This document shows positions 33,742 to 44,118 of a stretch of 64,000 nt of DNA, piece after piece (positions within the stretch are counted from its first letter, which is position 1; each line of letters begins with the position of its first letter). Source of the DNA: an uncultured delta proteobacterium (GTDB lineage: Bacteria > Desulfobacterota > Binatia > UBA9968); the NCBI GenBank assembly GCA_963847445.1, contig CAWJZV010000007.1:256001-320000 (forward strand). The letters are read 5' to 3'. Under the pieces are notes generated by a model. The model saw nothing but the letters and a program-made list of their open reading frames with translations, searched no databases and had not been told where the DNA came from. The position numbers and the translations under genes are program-made.

Positions 33742-34377
33742 CTAAAACGTCCCCTTGGCGCCGACCGATCGCACGAAGCGGTCGCGGCGATTCTTTTGCC
33801 AGCAAGTTTCCGTTGCATCCTGGCACACTGAAATTTCTTCACCGTAACTGATCGTCGATAACCGGTTCTCGGCCACTCCTAAAGACACCAGGTAGTCCTT
33901 GGCGGCTTGCGCTCGCTTCGCACCCAACGCCAGGTTGTATTCACTCGCCCCTCGTTCATCACAGTGCCCTTCGAGCTGCACCCGTACCGAAGGATTCTTT
34001 TTCAACCACTCAGCACTGGCGCGCAAAGTAGCGCGGTCGTCGTTATCAAGATTGTACCGGTCGAAGTCGAAATAAACCTCTTTCATCGCGCTGTCGCGTG
34101 GGGTGTCCGCCGCTTCGCCGCGCCGAAAGGCATCGAGGCTCGACCGATCTTGTTCACGACGCAAGGCACCGAAACTCGATCGGTCTTGTTCCCGGCGCAG
34201 GTTCTCGCTCGTCAGACCTTGTGGCTTTTGCGTCGCTGCGCGCGATTGTGCCGCGGGCGCCTGCGCGGATGAGGCCCCCGCGCTGGTTTTTCCTTGGTTT
34301 GAGCCGGCGCAAGCCGAAAGCGCCAGGGCTGACACAAAAAGCGAACCTTGAATAAGCCGATTTAGATGTTTTTCCAT
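33742..34377 (-). CDS. pal: Peptidoglycan-associated lipoprotein (Pal/OmpA C-terminal domain)
   Basis: Lipobox LSAC, VYFDFDR, EGHCDERGASEYNLALGAKRA, TISYGEE, KNRR. Confidence 0.92.
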   Translation of the reverse strand: MEKHLNRLIQGSLFVSALALSACAGSNQGKTSAGASSAQAPAAQSRAATQKPQGLTSENLRREQDRSSFGALRREQDRSSLDAFRRGEAADTPRDSAMKEVYFDFDRYNLDNDDRATLRASAEWLKKNPSVRVQLEGHCDERGASEYNLALGAKRAQAAKDYLVSLGVAENRLSTISYGEEISVCQDATETCWQKNRRDRFVRSVGAKGTF

Positions 34378-34518
34378 TTCCGATTCCTCCTTTTTGTTTT
34401 TGCATTGCTTCGATTTGAGCTCGCTATTGCCCTCGTCTGTTTTTGGACAGAGTTACGCCGCCACCAATTTTACCGCCAGCCGAACTCTGGAAAACCGCTT
34501 ACAAATAACCGTCTCATT

Positions 34519-35340
34519 TTATCCGTAACTGAGCTCGGTGCTGGAGATACTCACAAAATTGACCGTGACAACTTGGACACCAGGCATCATGGCTACTGTG
34601 CGCTGAACTTCTTCCTCCGACACCGCCGGTGATACGATTCCCGATAGTCTTACCGCTCCATCCTTTACCTCGACGTGAATGTTTGCTTTGCGCAGGTGCG
34701 GGTAAGTTAAGAGGTGAGCTTGAATCTTGGCCGTCAGTGCCAGATCGGTAAGCCGTTGCCGAGACTCGGCGGTGGCCTGATAGTCGCTTAGTTGCGCCGC
34801 TTGGGCGATCAAATGTTGCGCAGACGCGGCGCTTATTTGCGCCATGTTCAAGATCAGCGCGTATTGCCCCGGGTCGCGCCAGTCGGTGCCGAACAGAGCC
34901 ATCAGCCGGCGCGTGCGCGCCTTTTCCACCTGCTCGATGTAACGGCGCGCGGCTTTCGGGTCTAGGCCCTGGCGCTCGCGTACTTGCGCAACGCGATAGT
35001 CCGCCGGCGCCGTGAGCAAGACTCGTAGCACATGGCGAATATCGGGCAGCAAACCATGGCCGACGTGACCGTGGTAAACGATATCTTCAGCCAGCGCGGC
35101 TTCGGTCATCGCGGCCTGCAGCGCTATCTGGTAAGGTCGCAGATTTTCTTGCCAGCGCGCCCACCAATGCGGCTCTTTTTCCAAGATGTCGCTGAGTTTC
35201 GCTTCGGGCACCTCGCAGCGCTTGCTCGCCGCAAGCAATATTTCACGCCCGGCCAACCGGTACTCTAACGCGCGCGCGACATCGCGCGCGACCTGTTCGT
35301 CGTCGCCGAATGTGCCACCGAAAATGGTTATGATCGGCAT
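34519..35340 (-). CDS. Cytidylate-kinase-like family protein with C-terminal BON domain
   Basis: MPIITIFGGTF.., VYHG, LRVLLTAP..RV, DPGQYALILN; BON: IHVEVKDGAVRLSG...PGV. Confidence 0.82.
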   Translation of the reverse strand: MPIITIFGGTFGDDEQVARDVARALEYRLAGREILLAASKRCEVPEAKLSDILEKEPHWWARWQENLRPYQIALQAAMTEAALAEDIVYHGHVGHGLLPDIRHVLRVLLTAPADYRVAQVRERQGLDPKAARRYIEQVEKARTRRLMALFGTDWRDPGQYALILNMAQISAASAQHLIAQAAQLSDYQATAESRQRLTDLALTAKIQAHLLTYPHLRKANIHVEVKDGAVRLSGIVSPAVSEEEVQRTVAMMPGVQVVTVNFVSISSTELSYG

Positions 35341-35569
35341 GGGAATGTCCCTCCAGTGCTTGTAATTGTTGCCACTGACCATTGGCGACTTATTGCTCCG
35401 GCAGGGGGCCGGCACCGACGATCTTCTTAAAAAATCGCGACAATCTCTGGGTCACTCTTTTCGTAGTCATCACTATCCTCCTTGATTTACCGAATACCTT
35501 GGCTGAAACATGGCTCCGTGGCAAAAATCCTCTTAATGCATTGAGATCGGACGCAGCCCCGCCGCGTCG

Positions 35570-35683
35570 TGGCTTATCGTCGAAATGCGCTGCGCGGCGA
35601 TACTGAGGCTGGTCAAAATAGTCTTTTGCCGCTTGCGCCCGCATGGCACCGATTTCCAGATTATTCCGTGGTGCCGCGCCCAT
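35570..35683 (-). pseudogene. Decayed fragment of a second pal-like gene
   Basis: NLEIGAMRAQAAKDY, then after a frameshift LTSLSIAAQRISTISH; aligns with Pal NLALGAKRAQAAKDYLVSLGVAENRLSTISY. Confidence 0.7.
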
Positions 35684-35686
35684 TTA

Positions 35687-36154
35687 TCAGTAGCCAATCA
35701 ACAAACCCGCTGGCCAGCGGGTCTCCAATATGAATTCAAACAGACCCCAGATGAGCAAATAAGCGCAGGCTGCCATGACCAGAGCGATAAACCATTTCTC
35801 TCCGCCCTCGACGAGCGCGTAGAGAAATACCAACAGTGGTAAAGTGATGACAATGCCTAAGAGCCAGATGCCCAGCGCGCCGCCGATGAACCAAGCGAAG
35901 AACAAGAGCGTGCGTCGGCGCGCGGTCGCTATATCCAACTGGACGACGCTCACTTGATCCATATCCATACCGGCGACGCTCTTGCCGGATTCCCACCCGG
36001 TCATTTCACGAAATAGTTGGATCGAGATCATAATCAGTCCAGGGATGGCGGCGACGTAGACGGGCATGATCTTAGCGATGTCGGGCCACTTCCAACCGGT
36101 CACCGCCGCTCCGGTAAAAATACTTAAAAGAAAAAGCGCAAAATTAGCTTTCAT
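35687..36154 (-). CDS. tctB: TTT small membrane subunit TctB
   Basis: 4-5 TMs, WLLG...LFEFILETRWPAGLL; overlaps the tctA stop. Confidence 0.82.
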   Translation of the reverse strand: MKANFALFLLSIFTGAAVTGWKWPDIAKIMPVYVAAIPGLIMISIQLFREMTGWESGKSVAGMDMDQVSVVQLDIATARRRTLLFFAWFIGGALGIWLLGIVITLPLLVFLYALVEGGEKWFIALVMAACAYLLIWGLFEFILETRWPAGLLIGY

Positions 36155-37685
36155 CCGCCGACCTCGCGATGGCGCCTTTAAATGTCGCTGAAGAGTCTTC
36201 GACGCGAGCGCGCATCTTGCCGCGCAGAGTAAAGAAGAGCGAAACCGCGGCGATCATGAAAATAACGATCACCGCCGGTCGGCCCATCCAGCTAAAACCA
36301 TAACTCGCCACCGAACGATAAAGATATTTCTCCATCAGATCGCCGAGCACCAGTCCGAGAATCATCGCCGGGCGGGGATAACCGGCATGGCGCATGAAGT
36401 AGCCGAGAATGCCGAACGCCACCAGGACAACGAGATCCAAGGGATCGCGGTTGACGCTGAAGGCGCCCATCAGAATGAACACGAACATGATCGGGACCAT
36501 GAAGGTGTAGCGCACCTCGGCGAGCTTGGCGAGTTGACTGGCGAGGCAAAAACCGATGAGCGTGCCGGTGATGCCGGCGAATCCTTGGATCCACACGACA
36601 CTATAAATCAACTCCGGACTTTTCTTGATCATTTCCGGGCCCGGCACAAAGCCCCAGGCGAGCAATGCGACAATAAACAATGCGGTGCTCACGCCCTGGG
36701 GAAATCCCAACAGTAAGGTAGTCACTAAATCACCGCCGTCTTTGGCGTCGTTGGCGCTCTCTGGCGCGATCACGCCGCGGACATCGCCGGTGCCGAAAGT
36801 TTCTCGCCCGCCTTTGCAACTCTGCGCGGCGTGGCCGTAGGCGAGCCAATCAACCACTTGGGAGCCAAGACCGGGAACGATGCCGACCCACACGCCGACG
36901 AAACTACAGCGCACGACGAGCCACCACTCGCGGAGCGTATCCTTGATGCCGTCGAACAGACTGCCTTTGAGCGGCACAGCCTGCTGTTCGACGCCGAGCT
37001 TGGTTAAAGCGAGATCGAGTGCCGACGGCACACCAAAAAGCGCCAGCGCCATTATGCTGATCGACATGCCGTCGAGCAGATAGGGCTGGTCGAAAACGAA
37101 ACGCATGACGCCGCTCTGGGCCTGCTGGCCGATGGTTGCGAGCAGGAGTCCGAATGCAGTGGCGATAAGTCCCTTGAGCGGGCGACTGCCGGCGAGCACG
37201 GCGACCATGCTCAAGCCCCACAGCATGATGACGAACAGCTCCGGCGAGCCCATCAGGTAGATTAGCGGCTTGGCGGCAGGAATCGCGAATATGAGCGTGA
37301 AGGTGCCGATCAAACAGCCCATGCCGCCTGCCATGAACGAGGCGCCGAGGGCGCGCCGTCCCTCGCCCTTCTTACCCATCGGGTAACCGTCGAGCACCGT
37401 CGCTTGCGAGCCAGAGCCGCCGGGGATGCCGAAGAGGATCGGCAGATAGGCAGCGCAGATCGCGCTCACCGAGCTGGCGCCAATCAGCAGCGCGATGCCG
37501 GTGAGCGGCTCCCACTTGATCACCACCGGCAGTAAGATCGCGTAGACCAACGGTATGCCCAAGCCTTGCGGCGCAACGGCGGTGAAAGTGCCGATGCTGA
37601 CGCCGATCATCATGGCGAAGAAGACTTTTAGTTGAAGGATGTTTAAGAAGCCTTTAATGGCGGCGTCGAATAGCGATGGTTCCAA
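36144..37685 (-). CDS. tctA: TTT large membrane subunit TctA
   Basis: GIPGGSGSQATVLDGYPM, GDVRGVIAPESANDAKDGG, YPRPAMILGLVLG; start (TTG) inferred from RBS. Confidence 0.9.
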   Translation of the reverse strand: MEPSLFDAAIKGFLNILQLKVFFAMMIGVSIGTFTAVAPQGLGIPLVYAILLPVVIKWEPLTGIALLIGASSVSAICAAYLPILFGIPGGSGSQATVLDGYPMGKKGEGRRALGASFMAGGMGCLIGTFTLIFAIPAAKPLIYLMGSPELFVIMLWGLSMVAVLAGSRPLKGLIATAFGLLLATIGQQAQSGVMRFVFDQPYLLDGMSISIMALALFGVPSALDLALTKLGVEQQAVPLKGSLFDGIKDTLREWWLVVRCSFVGVWVGIVPGLGSQVVDWLAYGHAAQSCKGGRETFGTGDVRGVIAPESANDAKDGGDLVTTLLLGFPQGVSTALFIVALLAWGFVPGPEMIKKSPELIYSVVWIQGFAGITGTLIGFCLASQLAKLAEVRYTFMVPIMFVFILMGAFSVNRDPLDLVVLVAFGILGYFMRHAGYPRPAMILGLVLGDLMEKYLYRSVASYGFSWMGRPAVIVIFMIAAVSLFFTLRGKMRARVEDSSATFKGAIARSADES

Positions 37686-37790
37686 TTGCCAAAGCTCCTT
37701 ATGCCTCATTGAGCCATTTGACGACTGGTACACCCCGTGAGAGCACCCACAATCCAACGTCTTCTCGGAAAAATTAACAACCGCGCGGAT

Positions 37791-38861
37791 CTAGCGCGCT
37801 GGCAACGGCTCTGCTCCCGATAATTTTCTCAGCAATCCAAGCGTCTCCGCGTCGCGCGGGATATTGGCGATCACTCTGGTCAGCTCATCCGCCGCCAACG
37901 GCGAAATGTCGTCGGCGACGATTTTCTTAAAGTACGTGGCGAACTCAGGGTCGGCGAGGGTTTTTCGCATCGCCGCCTTGAGCACGTCGACACGCGCTTT
38001 CGGAGTGCCAGGCGGCAAGATGTACGGCGAGCCCACACCGCGAAAGGCGCGCCATACGCTTAGCAGCTTCTTTTCTCTGTCATTTTTGGCAAAGCTTTCA
38101 ATCTCTGGCAGGTGGCCGAGTACTGGATGTTTCTCGCCCTTGGGAGTTTCCATGATGGAGTGAAAATTCATCACACCCTTGGCAAACCAATCCGGATTGC
38201 GGCGCAACACCGATGTCGCGTTATTGGCCCGCGCGTCGAGCTCGCCGCTCACCAACGCCACGTCAACCTCGCGTGAACTGTAGCCGACGATGAAATTGGG
38301 ATCTTTCATGCCGAGAAAATATGCAAACAGCCGCCCCGCGACATACGACACATGACCGATGGTCTGGCCGCCGATCCGAATAGCGCTGGCGGCCCGAAGC
38401 TTTTCTAAACTGTCGAATCCGAGTTCCCGCCTCGTGTAAATCACCGCGTGGTTTTCGTTCTCCGGCGTACCGAGATAAATGAACCTGTCCGGATCATAGG
38501 ACACGCCCTTTTCGCCCGTGATCGCCAGTCCGACGATCGCGCCGCTCGCCGCGCCGATTGTCAGACCGTCGGGGCGAACCGAGTGGTAAAGGTGATTCGC
38601 CCCCTTGCGACCACCGCCGCCGTCCATATACTCGATGATGACCGTTGGATTACCGGGAATATGTTTTTTCAAGAACGGCATCACGGCCTTTACACGAAGA
38701 TCCCCCGTGCCCCCTGGGGCGGTGGTGGCCAGGAGGGTTATCGTCTTGCCTGCGTAAAAATTCTCCTCGCAGTTAGCAACATTCGACAGCAGACCGATCG
38801 GCACCCCGAATAGCAGCATGGTTTGGATGCAACATTTCATTATGCATCTAGCGATCATCAT
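37791..38861 (-). CDS. TTT substrate-binding protein (TctC/Bug family)
   Basis: FYAGKTITL..APGGTGD, HIPGNP, PDGLTIG, PPGTPKARV..DPEF. Confidence 0.88.
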   Translation of the reverse strand: MMIARCIMKCCIQTMLLFGVPIGLLSNVANCEENFYAGKTITLLATTAPGGTGDLRVKAVMPFLKKHIPGNPTVIIEYMDGGGGRKGANHLYHSVRPDGLTIGAASGAIVGLAITGEKGVSYDPDRFIYLGTPENENHAVIYTRRELGFDSLEKLRAASAIRIGGQTIGHVSYVAGRLFAYFLGMKDPNFIVGYSSREVDVALVSGELDARANNATSVLRRNPDWFAKGVMNFHSIMETPKGEKHPVLGHLPEIESFAKNDREKKLLSVWRAFRGVGSPYILPPGTPKARVDVLKAAMRKTLADPEFATYFKKIVADDISPLAADELTRVIANIPRDAETLGLLRKLSGAEPLPAR

Positions 38862-38917
38862 CGACCTCCTTGTATGCGCCATCGAACTGAACGGCTGTAA
38901 CGATTTGAACTGCATCG

Positions 38918-39988
38918 CTATCGCGCCGGCAACGGTCCAGGGCCGGCGAGTTTGTTGAAAAGTCCAACCGTCTCCGGATCGCGCGGCAATTCTCGAATCG
39001 CTCTTTGATTTTCTTCCGGGAAAAGCGGTGAAGGATCGTCGCCTACTAGCTTTCTGTACTCTTTGCTAAATTCCGGATCTTTAAACGTCTTGGTGACGGC
39101 CTGGGTAAGTAATTCCAACCGGTCCGCGGGAGTCCGCGGTGGCGCAAAAAACGGCGAACCCGTGAGCCGCAGATTGCGAAACATCGCGATCACTTTGCGC
39201 TCTCTTTCCGATTTGGCAAATATTTCCAAATCCGCTAGGTGACCGAATTGCGGATGCTTTAAATCTTTGGGAACCGCCAATAATAAGTGAAGATCGACCT
39301 GCTGCTTGTTTACCCACTCCATGTTGCGGATCAGATGATCGTCGGCTGTACCGATCGCATCGATCTCGCCCCGCATAAGCGCTACGTCGCGTTCAGGAGT
39401 CGAGTAACCCGTGACAAAGTTGGGTTCTTTCAGCGACGCCATCCAGGCGAAAACTCTGCCGATGTTATAGATCGTATGGCCGACGGACTGAGCGCCAATG
39501 CGCAGCCCGGAGGCTGACCGCAATTTATCTCGATCCGTGATTCCCGCCTCCCGGCGGGTCAAGAAGATATAATGCGTGGAACTATAGGGGGAGCCGAGAA
39601 ATATCAGCTTGTCGAGATCATACTGAACCCCGGTTTCACCGAGCACCGCGCTGGCCACCATGCCACCACCGCTGTTGCCGAGGGTCAATCCGTCCGGCGC
39701 CGCCGATCCGAAAATATAATTTGCCGCCTTACGTCCACCGCCCCCGGGCATGAACTCATGAATTATCGTCGGGTTGCCAGGGATGTATTTTTGCAGAAAC
39801 GGAACCATGGATCGGACGCGCAGGTCACCCGAACCACCGGCATTGCGTCCGTGAATGATCCTAATGGTCTTGCCCTTGTAGAAGGGTTCCTGCGCTTGAG
39901 TGAATCCTGGAGCAATCAAACATAAAACCACAAGAGCGATGATCGGAACTTTTATCGAGGCTTTATAGAGATCATCTTTTGTTGCCAT
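38918..39988 (-). CDS. TTT substrate-binding protein (TctC/Bug family)
   Basis: FYKGKTIRII.G..AGGSGD, YIPGNP, PDGLTLG, PPRTPADR. Confidence 0.88.
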   Translation of the reverse strand: MATKDDLYKASIKVPIIALVVLCLIAPGFTQAQEPFYKGKTIRIIHGRNAGGSGDLRVRSMVPFLQKYIPGNPTIIHEFMPGGGGRKAANYIFGSAAPDGLTLGNSGGGMVASAVLGETGVQYDLDKLIFLGSPYSSTHYIFLTRREAGITDRDKLRSASGLRIGAQSVGHTIYNIGRVFAWMASLKEPNFVTGYSTPERDVALMRGEIDAIGTADDHLIRNMEWVNKQQVDLHLLLAVPKDLKHPQFGHLADLEIFAKSERERKVIAMFRNLRLTGSPFFAPPRTPADRLELLTQAVTKTFKDPEFSKEYRKLVGDDPSPLFPEENQRAIRELPRDPETVGLFNKLAGPGPLPAR

Positions 39989-40119
39989 CGCGGTTCTCCT
40001 TAGCGATACTTCTTGCTAATTTCTGATCCCCGGTAGATTAAACGTTATTTAAAAGTTTCCTTGCTTCGCTACGAGCGGAACGCAGATAATACTCTTAACG
40101 TTGCGCTCGCCGTCGGGAT

Positions 40120-40315
40120 TGCGATCGCCGGATTGCCGGGGATATGCTTCCTCATGTGACGGGCGATGAGCTTTAGTAAAGATCGTAGCCGCCGCCCAGT
40201 GCGAGGCCCGACAATCAGACGGATCGAATTACCGTGTAATAAACTGCTTGGGCGCCGGCGGAAATCACTCGCGCGTCATGCCGAGCGAGAATCACCATCG
40301 CAAACAGCAGCCGCA
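40120..40315 (-). pseudogene. Decayed N-terminal fragment of a TctC gene
   Basis: Across frames: GNSIRLIVG..GGGYDL..KLIARHMRKHIPGNPAIA; the rest of the gene is absent. Confidence 0.7.
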
Positions 40316-40587
40316 TTCTTACTATGCGCATATCGCCCCCTGTAATCCCCCGAGCTATTATCCTCACTGTCCCAACAGATTATCCGTCGATCACAGCCGC
40401 GCGCAGCCAATTCTAAAGACGCCGAATCATCAACCGTCATTAATATCCAAGTGCGTTATTTCACGAGCGCAGCGAGTACTCTCGTCTCTGCAAGATTTTC
40501 CAGAGCGGGACTCGGTGCGCATTGCACCCCGCCGTTCGGACGAAGTCACTCTGCGATTGCTCCTGTTGGGGCGCGAAGTAATTTGCC

Positions 40588-41625
40588 TTACGACTTTACC
40601 TTACGGACCAAGAACGAAAGACTCTCTTTCGCTTCCGCCGACATCGACAGCACCTCGTCGACGAGCTTTTCAGTTTTTTCGCCTGAAACCGCGGTGATAA
40701 TGAGTTTCGATTTCTTCGCCTCGGCAAGCAGCTCGGGATCTTTGAGCGTTTGAGCCAAGGCTGTGCGCAAGATAGCTAACCGCTCCTTTGGCGTTCCCGG
40801 CGCGACGGTAAACGGCCGCTGGAAGTCCATCTGCGACTCCCACGCTCGGTAGATCGCGTACTTTTTCGGATCCTTGATGACATCCTTGAGCAACGGCAGG
40901 CCTTTGACCTCCGGATCGTCCCAACGCTCCGCAATGACAAAGGGGATGAGTTTGTCGTCGCCTTGCGCATCGAGCATGGCTCGCGCCGTCACCCGCATGG
41001 ATTCCCACTGCGAGCAGAAGGCGTTGATTTCGTGTTTCTGTAACGCCACCCGCGTGGTCGCCGTGCCGGTGAATCCGCTGACGACCTCAAACTTGGTTCC
41101 CAGAGTTTTGTTGAGAATCAGCGGCAGGTCATAACCCGCAGAACCGGCCCGAGTGGCGCCCGCCTTTAAAGGCTTTTGATAGCTGAGGACGTCATCCAAA
41201 GTTTTTAGCCCGGTAAAACCCATGACCATGCACACGGGCACGCCGACGCTTGGCGCGCCAACCCAGCCAAGTTTGCGGAAATCAATTTTTATGCGCGGGT
41301 CGCTCAAGGCACTCTGGACTACCAGCGAATTGTTGAAAATCACCACGGTAAGTCCGTCAGCGTTCGCCTGCCTGTACACGTAATTAGCCGAGATCAAGCT
41401 GCCAGCGCCTTCCATATTCTCCACGGTGGTGGCGGGCTTGCCGGGAATGTGTTTGCTGAAATGGCGCGCGATCGTGCGCACATAGGTATCGTAGCCGCCG
41501 CCGGGTGCTTGGCCGACGATGAAGCGAATGTTTTTGCCTTTATAAAAATCCTCCGCCCAAGCCGCAGGGTTATGGAGAGCAAGTAGGCCGTATAGCAGGA
41601 CCGTGCGTCGCAAAATCGATTTCAT
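40588..41625 (-). CDS. TTT substrate-binding protein (TctC/Bug family)
   Basis: FYKGKNIRFIVGQAPGGGYDTY, NMEGAGSLI, APGTPKERL. Confidence 0.9.
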   Translation of the reverse strand: MKSILRRTVLLYGLLALHNPAAWAEDFYKGKNIRFIVGQAPGGGYDTYVRTIARHFSKHIPGKPATTVENMEGAGSLISANYVYRQANADGLTVVIFNNSLVVQSALSDPRIKIDFRKLGWVGAPSVGVPVCMVMGFTGLKTLDDVLSYQKPLKAGATRAGSAGYDLPLILNKTLGTKFEVVSGFTGTATTRVALQKHEINAFCSQWESMRVTARAMLDAQGDDKLIPFVIAERWDDPEVKGLPLLKDVIKDPKKYAIYRAWESQMDFQRPFTVAPGTPKERLAILRTALAQTLKDPELLAEAKKSKLIITAVSGEKTEKLVDEVLSMSAEAKESLSFLVRKVKS

Positions 41626-41775
41626 ATTGCGTATTCCTCCTGTTCGAAAATCACCAAGACAAAACAGCATAACCGCGCTGCGTAGAATCAAGCTCATATT
41701 TAGCCCTCCCTATGCAGGATGGGTTCGGTGACTTGTTTCCGTCTTGTCATGCCGACACGCCCGCGAACAATTGAA

Positions 41776-42817
41776 CTATTTGCCCAGCAATTGTTTCATC
41801 TTCGCGACGATCTCCGGAGGTTGGCTCATCACATCGTTGGCCAGTTTTTCCAATTCCTGGGCCGAGGTCGGATCGAATTCTAGTTTTCTCTTCTTCCCTT
41901 CTGCTAGCACCGATTCGTCGTCCAAAACTTTTGCAAATGCTTCTCGAATAATGTTCACGCGGTCGGCCGGGGTTTTTGGCGGCATGACATAGGGCCGGCC
42001 GAACTGACCGCCAGCTAATACCAGGGTTGTCAGATTTCTGGCGGCGCCTGAGGTTTTGTGTTGATCCATGAGTTCATAGATGGTCGGCGTGTCGCGCAGC
42101 CTGGCATCGCGCTTGTGCCCGGTCTGCACCAAAACGCGGACAAAGTTATTCTTGCGCCAGCTGATGAACGGTTCGCGGGCGAAGAAAGCCGTGACGGTAA
42201 ACGCGCGGCACGCCAACTCCCCTCTTTCGACCGCGAGGTCAATGTCCTGTCCCGCCTGGTAACCCAGTACGACGTCGAACCTGGTTCCGACCACCTCATC
42301 TAACAGCTTCGGTACATAGTAGCCCGTCGAACTGGTGCCGCTGGCGCCGCATTTTGGCGGGGTCGAGGTTTTCATCACGTCGTCGATGGTCTTATACGGC
42401 GTATCCGCGCGCATGTAGAGCAAATGATTCGAAGTCACCGGGCTGCCGATCCAGACAAACTTGGCCCAATCATATTGAACTTCTTTTCGGCCGACGATTT
42501 GATCGAAATAGAGGGCGGGAAAAATTGCCCCGATGGTCAACCCGTCGGGTGACGCAACGGAATAGAGATGATTGGCGGCGATCATCGAACCGGCGCCGGG
42601 CATGTTTTGGACGATGATATTGGGATTGCCGGGGATGTACTTAGGCAGATGCTGCGCGAACAGACGCGCATAGCGTATCGTAGACATCTCCGGCTTTGGT
42701 GCCGGCGATCATCGTTATGGTCTTCCCGGCGTAAAAGGGCGTCTCCGCCATGCCGGCCGCACTCCACAAAACCAACGCGAGCGTCATTGAAGCCAGACGG
42801 ATCATTTGCGGAATCAT
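41776..42817 (-). CDS. TTT substrate-binding protein (TctC/Bug family), frameshift near 42690
   Basis: FYAGKTITMIAG, YIPGNPNIIVQNMPGAGS, DLAVERGE, GRPYVMPPKTP. Confidence 0.88.
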
Positions 42818-42856
42818 GGATAACCTCCTTAAGAAGTTGCGAATTTGATGTTGCCT

Positions 42857-43906
42857 TTATTTTTTTGCCAGCAGTTTTTTCACTCGCGCGACGACACTGG
42901 GCGGCTGGCTGAGCATGGTCTCGGCGAGCTGTTGCAACTCTTCGCCAGGAACAAACTCGACCTCCAATTTTCCTTTCTTGGCTTCGTCAAGCAGGTTTGG
43001 ATCAGCCATCGCTTTGGCGTAAGCATCGCGCATCGTCTTGACGACTTGCGGCGGAAGTGTTGCGGCGGCATCACCCACGGCCGGCCAAAATCGCCGCCGC
43101 GGAGAATGACGTCGGCGACACGCCGGCTCTCTTCCGGAGTGCTTCTCCTTGTCAAAAATCTCGTAGATGGTCGGTGTATCCGGTATGCGCGGGTCGCGCT
43201 TCAAGCCGCCGTAAAGCAATACGTTGACGAAATTTCGCTTACGCCACGATATGAACGGCTCGCGGCCAAAGAATGGCGCAGCGGTAAGACCGCGGCATTG
43301 AACCTCGCCTTTCTCGACGGCCAGATCGATTTCGCTACCACCCGGATAACCCATGACAGTTTCGATCTTGGCGTCAAGCGTGTCTTCGAGCAGACGGGCT
43401 AAGATAAAATCGGTGCCCGCGGTTCCGGTGGAACCGCACTTGGGCGGCGTGCTCGCGTTGCGGATATCTTCGATGGTTTTATAGGGCGCGTCGCTGCGCA
43501 TATACATCAGCACATCGCTCTTCTCCGGCGAACCGATCCAATGAAACTTGCGCACGTCGTACTGCACTTCCTTGCGCCCAACCAATTGGTCCAGGTACAG
43601 TGCCATACGAGCGTCATGGCGACCGTCAATCCATCGGGCTTGGCGACACTGTAAACGTGATTGGCCGCAATCAGCCCGCCGGCGCCCGGCATGTTCTGCA
43701 CGACCATCTCGGGATTGCCGGGCAGGTATTTCGGAACATGGCGCGCCAACAGACGCGACCAGCGATCGTAAAAACCGCCTGAAGTAAAGCCGACGACGAC
43801 TTTGATCGTCTTGCCCTGGTAAAAGGCATCCGCTGCGATGAGTCGTTGGGGAATATCAACCCGCCAAAACAAATCCGAACAAGAGAATGCTTAATCCACG
43901 TTTCAT
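42857..43906 (-). CDS. TTT substrate-binding protein (TctC/Bug family), several frameshifts
   Basis: FYQGKTIKVVVGFTSGGFYDRW, PGNPEMVVQNMPGAGG, DLAVEKGE. Confidence 0.87.
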
Positions 43907-44118
43907 AAAACGCTCCTTTTCTTTGGGAAGGTTTCAATCAATTGATATGCTCCTCTGCTCTGCTTGACTCACGAGATCGCGCCGCGTTCTCGGAATCGAC
44001 CTGAGTTCAAAGGTGCGGATCGGGAGATAAGCATCGGCAGCACGACCGCCGGCGTCATTGGAATTTTGAAACTAAAGATATCGCTCAGGAATTGAGTCGG
44101 GTCCAAGGTGTAACCTCG

